The notes under the pieces are model-generated. The model was given only the letters and a program-made list of their open reading frames with translations, ran no database searches and was not told the origin of the DNA. Of a stretch of 64,000 bases of DNA, positions 26,960 to 37,570 are shown one piece after another (the first letter of the stretch is position 1; each line of letters starts with the position of its first letter). Source of the stretch: Octopus bimaculoides (lineage: Eukaryota); the NCBI RefSeq assembly GCF_001194135.2, contig NC_068987.1, forward strand, positions 7,041,983-7,105,982. The letters are read 5' to 3'. The translations under genes were made by a program, and so were the position numbers.

Positions 26960-27380
26960 GTTACTTCGCACATCATCATCAATATGTGGCTGATCTTGCT
27001 CAGGCATTTTAAATCTGCACACGCCATCTATCTCGAATCTATATTAGTTGAGGGAGGTCTTTGGGGACACATCCAATGTCTCTGGTGCGTTGATCTACAT
27101 ACGTTGTGCTCTAACATGTCCCAGAACGGCCATGCATGCATGGCCGTACTTCGGGCAACATATCTTAATTTCTATCCTCATGTCGAAAGACGCTTTATGT
27201 AAACATATACGCCTCCATGTTTTTGACTTTTGTGTGTTGTTTCTTATTGTCCACAACTTGTCCCTATCGTTCGATCTAAAAACGAATTGTTTCATCGCCA
27301 TCTTCGTCTTGACATTTTATCTGTTATTGTCTTTCGAGTCTGCTCCCTTATCTCCCCACACACAGTCACGCCTTTGAATA
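26960..27380 (-). mobile_element. Possible RTE-type LINE 3' end remnant
   Basis: Minus-strand peptides GEIREQTRKTITDKMSRRRWR* and KLWTIRNNTQKSKTWRR resemble the RTE RT C-terminus (EIR..T....I...I.RRRWRW...RGRPK.TWRR); ends near a short GATGATGATG run. Confidence 0.45.
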
Positions 27381-27899
27381 TACCACAAAATAGTACGGAA
27401 TGGTCTTAATCGAGAAGGTATCTCCTACAGTAACGTGGATTACGGACCTCGGTTCATAGGAGTCGTCGTTTTTGCTGTTTTGGTTTCATCCATGGCCATC
27501 CCATGCAAGCATTATACATTTAATTCTGTACTGTACAATGTAATTTTACACATATCATTTGAAAACGTTACAGTATAGTTTAAGGCAACTTTAGTACCTG
27601 ACACCATGGGATTGAGTACTCTTTTGGGAAGGTGACGAAATGTGAAAGATATTTCGTCGGTGACTAAGGAGCGACGAAGCATGTTTCCGCTCTTGTATTT
27701 TTGTCATTTATGCATGTATGTATATATACATATATATATATATATGTGTGTGTGTGTGCGTGTGTGTGTGTGCGTGCGTGTGTGTGTGTATGTGTGTGTG
27801 TGTGTGTGTGTGCGTGCGTGCGTGCGTGTGTGCGTGTGTGTGTGTGTGTATGTATGTATATTGTCCTGGTATATATATTTATATGAATATATGTGTATG

Positions 27900-27943
<44 letters not shown>

Positions 27944-28953
27944 AACACACACATATTAGTGTACGGATCTGAAGGGTCTTCTACGCTAGATCGCGATTTT
28001 TAGCCTCAGTTATCATGGTCAGAGAATCGTGAGGAATGAACTGGCATTTACTAGTGAATATATAGAATTTCAATCAAAGAAGTTATTTACGACGTGGAAC
28101 TGCTGCCAATTTTCTGAAAATATTCTTCTTCTCTCCGTTCGTATCGTCAAACCTCGGTTAGTTGCCAAAGTCATCTCATTTCTTTGTTATCGGAGAACAT
28201 TTTGATAAACTGACAGCTTTCCCATTGCGAAAATTTCTTTCAATCACAGCGCGGTGGCTATATGACTGAGATTGTTCGTATTTTAATAATATCTCTGGAG
28301 AGGCCGGATGACACTCGGTTGAATTTCGAGTCTCCGAATAAGAGCTAAAACAAATCCATATATATTATTCTTAATACGTCACTCTGTCTAAATTACTCTA
28401 AGTATGAGAATATTCGAATTTAAGACAACAATATCTAAACTGATTGCATGAAAGAGATGACAAGTATCTTTCTGTATTTTGAACCAATAATCAACTACAA
28501 ATGACAGATAAAGGTAGATAGACACAGTCAGGCTTGATACTTCTATTTACATGGGGCACAAAACTTACACCCATTGAAGTAACGAATATATATACACTTG
28601 TTCTTTATTTTATAATCTGTATTTTTTGGGTTCCTTGTAAATATATCTATATAAAACCTTAATCTGCTTGTCTACATTCCAGCCTCCATACCAGCTCGAT
28701 CTGTATTTCCCTTTTGGACAATACTGATGATGTGGGTCTTGTCCTGCAAGAAGAAGTCGGAATTTTAGTTTCCATTCATTTGGGCACCACCAACTCTTAC
28801 CTATACTAAGTTCCTTTAACTCTCCCAAATCACTATATATTGAATAGTAAGAATTAAAATAGCACGCAAATTGCAGTACGATATGGGAATTGTGATCAAT
28901 AAATTATTAAAGTTTCATTATAGCCAATAATAAATTCTTTCTGCTTGTCTCTG

Positions 28954-29026
<73 letters not shown>

Positions 29027-29681
29027 NNNNNNNNNNNNNNNNNNNNNNNNNNNNNNNNNNNNNNNNNNNNNNNNNNNNNNNNNNNNNNNNNNNNNNNNNN
29101 NNNNNNNNNNNNNNNNNNNNNNNNNNNNNNNNNNNNNNNNNNNNNNNNNNNNNNNNNNNNNNNNNNNNNNNNNNNNNNNNNNNNNNNNNNNNNNNNNNNN
29201 NNNNNNNNNNNNNNNNNNNNNNNNNNNNNNNNNNNNNNNNNNNNNNNNNNNNNNNNNNNNNNNNNNNNNNNNNNNNNNNNNNNNNNNNNNNNNNNNNNNN
29301 NNNNNNNNNNNNNNNNNNNNNNNNNNNNNNNNNNNNNNNNNNNNNNNNNNNNNNNNNNNNNNNNNNNNNNNNNNNNNNNNNNNNNNNNNNNNNNNNNNNN
29401 NNNNNNNNNNNNNNNNNNNNNNNNNNNNNNNNNNNNNNNNNNNNNNNNNNNNNNNNNNNNNNNNNNNNNNNNNNNNNNNNNNNNNNNNNNNNNNNNNNNN
29501 NNNNNNNNNNNNNNNNNNNNNNNNNNNNNNNNNNNNNNNNNNNNNNNNNNNNNNNNNNNNNNNNNNNNNNNNNNNNNNNNNNNNNNNNNNNNNNNNNNNN
29601 NNNNNNNNNNNNNNNNNNNNNNNNNNNNNNNNNNNNNNNNNNNNNNNNNNNNNNNNNNNNNNNNNNNNNNNNNNNNNNNNN

Positions 29682-29718
<37 letters not shown>

Positions 29719-30195
29719 TAGATAGATAGATACCTATGCAGACGTATACATGCGCGAGTGTGTGTGGCACAAATAACATATAAGTGTACACATACATAAC
29801 TCAAAAACATTTCAACTAAAGTAAATTTAAGAAGCAAAAAGCAAAACATTATTCATATAAAATAGATACAGTCTGGAATTTTCATAACGATATATATTAA
29901 ACATATATATCAGACGATCTGCCAGACTCCGCTAGTGATAAAAGTGGTTTTCAGTTCAAAAACATTGTAGATCAAAGACGCATTATTTGAAACATATCTC
30001 TGATCAAAGGAAAAACAAGAGCAAAACTATACAGGGATTTAGACTTGAGGGTTACACTATAAAGTTAATATGATGCAGTAAAGTTGTTCTGTAATATACA
30101 CACGCAATAGGTAGCACACACAAACACACACTAATGCAGAAACAAACACGAACATACACAAGCATATATTGATCTCGCTACACAAGCATATATCG

Positions 30196-30662
30196 TTGAG
30201 CTACTGGGAGAAACTGAAAGAGCTACGACTCTACTCCCTGGAGCGAAGACGGGAGAGGTATGCAGTGATATATGTATGGAGATACTGGAGTGGCTGGGAC
30301 CAAACTTTGGAGTTGAAAGTTATGCCAGACCTGGAAATTGATGTCACTACTTTGTTCCAAAGTCCCAGTTGTCTCAATAGAGCGAGAACCATGTACTGCA
30401 ATAGGTTGGCATTCAAGGGGCCAGAGTTGTTTAACGACTCGCCAAAATCTGAAGGACCTCCATGGAGTGGGAGTAGATGCTTTCAAGATCCCAGATGAAC
30501 CAATATCAAGACAGGAAACTCAAAAGTGGCCAGCGATATCGAACTCCCTTCTTCACCAAAAAGCCAAACCCATAGAATTGGCCAATTAAAAGGTGATTAC
30601 AATGGCGGTGCCCCAGCATGGCCACAGCTCATGACCTGAAACTAGATAAAATGAAAAATGAA
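30196..30662 (+). mobile_element. CR1-type LINE, 5'-truncated 3' end (RT C-terminus plus 3' tail)
   Basis: LSYWEKLKELRLYSLERRRERYAVIYVWR, YCNRLAFKGPELFN and LKDLHGVGVDAFKIPDEP...SNSLLHQ are CR1-like C-terminal motifs; followed by the tail GGCGGTGCCCCAGCATGGCCACAGCT...CTGAAACTAGATAAAA. Confidence 0.9.
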
Positions 30663-30698
<36 letters not shown>

Positions 30699-30707
30699 CT
30701 TATACAA

Positions 30708-30970
<263 letters not shown>

Positions 30971-32389
30971 CCACACACATACACAAATCGACTTAGACAT
31001 ATACACAAAAGCAGGATGTTCATTATGGACCGCCTTTACTACTTTTCTACAACTAGAGATCACCAATGCCTAAACAGCAACAACATTATCGAGGAGAGAA
31101 TTGTATACAGAATTGAAAGCCCATAGAAACTGATCTGGAAAATCAATATATGCAAAATGGGCGAGTATACCGTAGACTAAAGATAAGCTTACACGGAGAT
31201 CGAGCTTAGTTTACATACTTCAACATTTCCTTTAATTCAGTGAAGATCGGGTGAACTACAAACGGCTTAAATTCACTTCCTTTTTCAATGTTACTTGCGT
31301 AAGAAATGGTTATGTGTGAAATGATCTGTAACGAATTTATTCGATTGAAGATTATTGGAAGTAGCAACAACTGGAAATGTAATATCCTTAAAATTGTAAT
31401 CATTCTAAATCGTTGTTGGTCAATTACATTATCAACGGAAACGGCGAATGGACATCTATTTATGTGTGTTGTATTGAGATTAGAGTAAACGATGTGACCA
31501 CGGGTAGTTAAATTGCTCGTTAAACAGTAATTTTCCAACACTGAATAAATGTGGAACAAATATATCAATACAATTGTTGGATGTTACGAGTGAATTCTCC
31601 AACATAGGAGACTTAGTTATGTACATGAGTGCATCAATAATAAGATATTCTGAACTGTGCATTGGACCTGTCCACGCACTAATTATTCAAGGATATGAAG
31701 TATATGAAAGGCTAAATGTTTAGACATGTGATTATTCGAATGTAGAGGAAAGTTTTGACTGAATATGGGTAGATTTAGAAGTGGTGATGCTCGATGGTTT
31801 ATATAAACATACTTAAATACACGCGTGTAAACATTTAATCGTCGGTGAGGAGGAATATATAAATTTTAAATAAAGGAGGAATACAAAGATTTTGCAAAAG
31901 TCCATAGTTGTGGTTAGCTCTGGCTGCTCTCGTATTTCTCTTCTTTCGTTGTTGGAAAGAAATACAGATGCGAAAATAATACCGTAAAAAAGAAATCAAT
32001 ACAAATGTATTACACACAAACACTCATTTCTATAAAGAAACACATATACATACATATATATACAAGCATATATATGCAAAACTGATCATACATACATATG
32101 GTGTGAAACCAATCGGTTAGATCAGCCGCAGTGGATACCCATTCTACTGATAGATATACATATTCATATCCATTATTTGCCATCGCACTTTTTCTGGCTT
32201 CAAACTAAATCGCCTACACTTCATATATATCTTCAAGATATTTGCAGAGTGTGAAACAGATGAATTTACATCTTAATACAGTAAATGTTATAATAATGGA
32301 GTTCATTATGTCAACAATATATGAGCTTCACCTTGAAAGAGAAAAAGGAGCGCAGTTTAATGGAAGAACAGATTTTAGAACCTGATGCC

Positions 32390-32987
32390 AATGGATACAA
32401 ATTTCTAATTTCTAGAAATACTACAACTCGATTTATTATCCATAAGTAACTGAGAGGCAAATTGAAAGCAATACATTTAAAAAGATTAAGCTCCAATTGA
32501 AGTCCAGACTTAATTTAAGGAATAATAAAAATACTATGGTAATTGCTGCTTGGCGATATTGTACTGGGATACTGAGTGGGAAGGAAAATGAAATCGAGGC
32601 AGTAGATAGAAAAATGAGAAAAGCTATAACGACGCATGGAAAACGTCATCAGAAAGAAATTTGTCAGTCGTGAGTAACAAAGAAAAAAATTGGAAAGTAA
32701 GGCGTTAGTAGCATTTCAGATAGTGTGACTGAAGAACATAGGTAAGTAAACCAGGACTTCGCAAAGACAGAAGAACTAACTATACACGTTGGAATAGAAA
32801 TAATCTTACTTCAAATGAGCTTTGAAAAGAAAAAACCATACGACAACTGGAAAAACAGTTATGTGGAGAATTTCGTCGACTGCAAGAATGTGAAAATTCA
32901 CGGGTCATTAGGAATTTGAGATGCGTTGAGATGCGGAAAAAGAAATCGCAAGTTTGTTGGTAACTGCTCAAAATCAAGGCCTAAGCC
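32390..32987 (+). mobile_element. Dong/R4-clade non-LTR retrotransposon RT C-terminal remnant
   Basis: NGYKFL, KIKLQLKSRLNLRN...WRYCTGILSGKENEIEAVDRKMRKAITTHG, LCGEFRR and EIASLLVTAQNQGL are colinear with the R4/Dong pattern GYKYLG...LKSKLN..N...RY..GI..W...EL..DRK.RK..T..G...LHGQF.R...ETE.LI.AAQ.Q.L. Confidence 0.8.
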
Positions 32988-33457
32988 GTTATTAAGTGAG
33001 CAAGGTATTTATTCCATCACTTACACGAACAAATATCATTTAAATATTTACCGACCGGAAAAGAAATAGAATACACACACACACACANNNNNNNNNNAAA
33101 AATAAATACAAAAAAGGTGGTTTTTTTGTATGATTGTGTATAGAGGAATATATTGTTTTGTTTAAAAGAGTTCCAACACTGTTTGTTTTTTATGTTTTAT
33201 TTATATTCCTGCAGAACCAATGTGGGGTATAGAATATGGAATATACAATATATAATATAATATACAATATCTAGTATAAAATAAAATAAAATAAAAATGG
33301 ATGGCACCATGAAAGAAAGTATTGAATGTAGATGAAATATTGAGTGTTCAATATAAAGGATCAAATATATAAATATATAAATATAAATATATAAAGGTGA
33401 CTCGAGTTTCAGGGCTAGTTCCCTTCGTCATGGCCGGTATGACAGAGTTTAACAGAC

Positions 33458-33464
<7 letters not shown>

Positions 33465-33539
<75 letters not shown>

Positions 33540-33540
33540 C

Positions 33541-33571
<31 letters not shown>

Positions 33572-33575
33572 TATA

Positions 33576-33611
<36 letters not shown>

Positions 33612-33630
33612 CTCTTTCTCTTTCTCTCTG
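33465..33630. repeat. (TG)n/(TA)n/(CA)n/(TC)n compound microsatellite
   Basis: Direct reading. Confidence 0.95.
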
Positions 33631-34525
33631 TTACACACACGTTACCGCTTCCGCCTCCTTCGAAAGATATAATACTGATTCTGCGGTTGCCAAACTCTGC
33701 AAATATTGGGGAAGTCAATTTTTCCCCTTTTTTTCTGTTGTTTTTTGTTTGATTATCTGAGTTTACTCTTCTACTATAATAAAACAAACAACAGATGGGA
33801 AATTTTATATACTCCTTCTAAACATTATTAGATTATCGATATAACGTTAACAATGATACATTATGCTATTTCACATATTTATCAACTAATGATTAACAGA
33901 CACCCGAACCAAACTTGGTCTATCATTGAGAATAAATCAGTCAATGAAACGCTTGCTCATGCTCTTCGCCCGGAATTTTGGGCGCAACTACTGTTGATTT
34001 TCCTTCGCTTTCTTTCTATTGTAATGTTCTTATAAAATTATACTTTTCAAATGAAACTCTAAAGAGATACCGTTTCAAGGGTTCCTATCAGGATTATGCT
34101 TTCCTTTTTTTTGTCAATGTAGAATGAAAAGATTTCATACCATTTTAGCCATTAGATACCTTGCTGGTTATGGTAGCACTATATAACATAAGATAAGAGA
34201 AGCAGACACGCTGTAGGATATCATTCACATTATTTTCGATCAGTATTGTAGCAGCTTACTTCATTAATTACTTTTATGACTAGAAATTTTTTGCATCATG
34301 CTTAACAATTTTGCGTTGATAATAAATATCAATCAGGATAATGTCACAGATTTTTTCTAATTCATTGTTGATGAGAAAATCATCGAATGGCAAAAAACGT
34401 AATAAATAAATAAACGTATGGCATTTTCGTTCAGAATAAAAAGTTTACAGTTATAAACATCGCCGTAGATATCTACATTATCGAAAACGTATCAGTCAAA
34501 TTTCCTGAAAAATAACATGCATATA

Positions 34526-34685
34526 GGTGCAGGCGTGAGAGTATGGTAAGAAGTTTTCTTCCCAACCACATGGTGCTGGGTTCAGTCCCACTGCGTGGCA
34601 TATTGGGAAATTGTCTTCTATTATAGCCTAGGGCCGATCAAATCCTTGTGAGTTGATTTGATTGACAGAAACTGAAAGAAGACTG

Positions 34686-34722
<37 letters not shown>

Positions 34723-34804
34723 NNNNNNNNNNNNNNNNNNNNNNNNNNNNNNNNNNNNNNNNNNNNNNNNNNNNNNNNNNNNNNNNNNNNNNNNNNNNNN
34801 NNNN

Positions 34805-34849
<45 letters not shown>

Positions 34850-35012
34850 CGTGTGTGTGTGTTTTCCCCACAAGCGCTCGACAACCGGTTGCTGGGGTGT
34901 TTAGTTCACCGTATCCTAGCGGTTCGGCCAAATATACCGACAAAATAAGTACCAGGCTTTTAAAGAATAAGACTGGGGTCGATACATTCGCCTAAGAACC
35001 CTCCAAGGTGGT
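34526..35012 (+). mobile_element. SINE family A copy with internal microsatellite and gap
   Basis: tRNA-like head (GGTAAGAAG...GGGTTCAGTCCCACTGCG), body GAAACTGAAAGAAG, internal (TA)n-N-(GT)n, then the ATAAGTACCAGGCTT...CTGGGGTCGAT block. Confidence 0.9.
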
Positions 35013-36309
35013 TTTTGTAGAATTCTTAAGAAATCAAATCTCATATGTTTGGGGGACTAATCTTGATCGGTGCTTCGTTTTGTTGGTTACATTTGTCGGG
35101 AATCTGTAACACACTGATAGAAATCTGTTAATGTTAGTGATGTAGAAAAACTTTCAATCAGGCGACAACGAACCTTCTAGAAATCTCCATTGCAAGAATT
35201 ATATTTGCTTCTATGACTTTTTGTAAGCTGAAAAATCATTCAATTTATTCTTACACAAGCCGCCAGCAGTAACGTTTTCCAATTTGATTTCTTCTGTCAC
35301 CCAAGAAGTTGAATACGGACCAACGTTCCATCAAACTAATCATTGAAGTTTGGTTTTTAGAGAAACCATGAGCTGACAAATTTCAGTTTCGTGTACAGGA
35401 CTCGCCTTATAAACTTCCATCCGCTGTCCAATAGTCACAATTTAAATCACAAATGCGTTAACTCAAAAGAAACTAAAAGAACATTTACATTTGGAAGAAA
35501 ACTTCCAGTTCAGTCCACAATTTGAAAACCTAACACGAAACCAAACCTGTTTAGAACTCTCACACATTAGTGAGGGAGATAAAATAAAAAGTCGTATTTC
35601 TTTGGTTACTGAACTATTTAAAAAAAATACAGCTTAACAGTTCTTGCTCAAATAAAATTCACAGAATTGTTTCCATTTAGAAACAGTATTTCTATAAATG
35701 ACGATAAAAATAGTTCAATAAATATCATTTACAAATATTCTTAACTGTCTCTGTACGAGAGATAGATATATAAAAAGTTGTTTTATAATGATAATATTGT
35801 ATATTTCGTTTTTCCTAGAGTTATTCTATTCCTAACAAAACTATACAGCAATTTAGAAATATATGATATTTATTGTTAAAAGCGCAAAAAAAATGTATCA
35901 ACATTTTATCATTAAATTACGTTCTTGAACGTTTCTTCTCAACCGCAGATATTTTTAATTTAGTAATTTTAAAATACACAGCAAATTTATTCGAAGATCA
36001 GCACAATTTTATCCCTTGGTTTGTAATTTTAGCCCGATTTGGAAAAATTATTGTTTTGTACCAAAACACGAACCAATCAGTAAATATTAATTCCTTATGG
36101 CAAGGTTTGCATGTTCGGATCGATATTATTTGGGGAAACTATTGACATTGCCGTTCCCACTCCGTACAGATAGGGGACTATTTCAAAACTTATAATTGAA
36201 GAAACATTTTTAATGGGGGCTATAAATTTCTTTCTTTTTTTTTGCTAACAGTGAGCCTTAATTTTTTTAATTATAGAGTAGCTAAGAAAAGTTATTATTT
36301 TATTTTATA

Positions 36310-36474
36310 GGCGTAGGAGTGGCTGTGTGGTAAGTAGCTTGCTTACCAACCACATGGTCCCGGGTTCAGTCCCACTGCCTGGCATCTTGGGCAAGTGTCT
36401 TCTACTATAGCCTCGGGCCGACCAAAGCCTTGTGAGTGGATTTGGTAGACGGAAACTGAAAGAAGCCCGTCGTA

Positions 36475-36525
<51 letters not shown>

Positions 36526-36749
36526 TTGTGTGTATGTGTTTGTGTGTCTGTGTTTGTCCCCCAACATCGCTTGACAACCGATGGTGGTGTGTTTATGTCT
36601 CCGTAACTTAGCGGTTCGGAAAAAGAGACCGATAGAATAAGTACCAGGCTTCTAAAGAATAAGTCCTGGGGTCGATTTGCTCGACTAAAGGCGGTGCTCC
36701 AGCATGGCCACAGTCAAAAGACTGAAACAAGTAAAAGAGTAAAAGAGTA
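36310..36749 (+). mobile_element. SINE family A, full-length
   Basis: A-box GTGGCTGTGTGGTAAG, B-box GGTTCAGTCCC, CTTGGGCAAGTG motif, internal (TA)/(TG) tract, central block, LINE-like 3' tail and GTAAAAGA terminal repeats. Confidence 0.92.
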
Positions 36750-37250
36750 TTTTTAGTTTTTAAATCTAAATATATTTTAAAATTTTAACTATAGCTGCAA
36801 TATTTTAAGTATAAATATGCGTGTTCTGTACTTTTCAAAGTGTACTAACTTGGCCTGTACTTTTGCAGGTTTAATAACTTAAGAATATTAACCTCGATGT
36901 GTTCGCATTTTTCATTATAATCCACTGATGTTTTCCAAGCAAAGCAATTAAACTAATAGGGACAATTAATAATTTTTGATTTTACCTGATCAAATTTTTT
37001 TCATAACATTTAATACTTTTGTTAAATAATTTTTCAACTATTTTTCATGTTTGATGATTGAATTAAAATAGGAATAAGTATTAATCTAGATAAATAAAAA
37101 GTGAATTCTAAGAGCACTTTAGTTACACTGGCAGAAAGAGAAGAAAACTTATTGCGATGCAAGAAAGACGACTGTGTATATTTTATGTATAATAGTTCAT
37201 ATAATCAATAATAAATCTCTGAGTGAGGTATAAACAGTAGCTGTACGACA

Positions 37251-37346
37251 TCGTGAAGTATATTTGCCACCTAAATGTGGCTACAAACTACAATAGCATC
37301 AACCCTTTAGGGTTAACCACATTTAGGTGGCAAATATACTTCACGA
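37251..37346. repeat. Perfect 30-bp inverted repeat with 36-bp spacer
   Basis: TCGTGAAGTATATTTGCCACCTAAATGTGG (37251-37280) is the exact reverse complement of 37317-37346. Confidence 0.95.
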
Positions 37347-37356
37347 GTTCATATAA

Positions 37357-37570
37357 TCTTTTCTATTCTAGGCACAAGGCCTAAAAGTTTTGGGAAGCGG
37401 TCAGTCGATTAGATTGACCCCAGTACGCAGCTGGTACTTAATTTATCGACCCCGGAAGGATGAAAGGCAAAATCGACTTCGGCGGAATTTGAACTGAGAA
37501 CTTAAAGACAAACGAGAAACCGCTAAGCATTTCGCCTGGCGTGCTAACATTTCTGCCAGCTCACCGCCTT
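37357..37570 (-). mobile_element. SINE family B, full-length
   Basis: Reverse complement matches the head, body and tail of the 54160-54373 copy. Confidence 0.92.

Noticed and set aside
35050-35450. Minus-strand peptide WNVGPYSTSWVTEEIKLENVTAGGL ending at a GTAAG donor
   Set aside because: Stops lie immediately upstream in that frame with no usable acceptor; more likely an unclassified decayed element.
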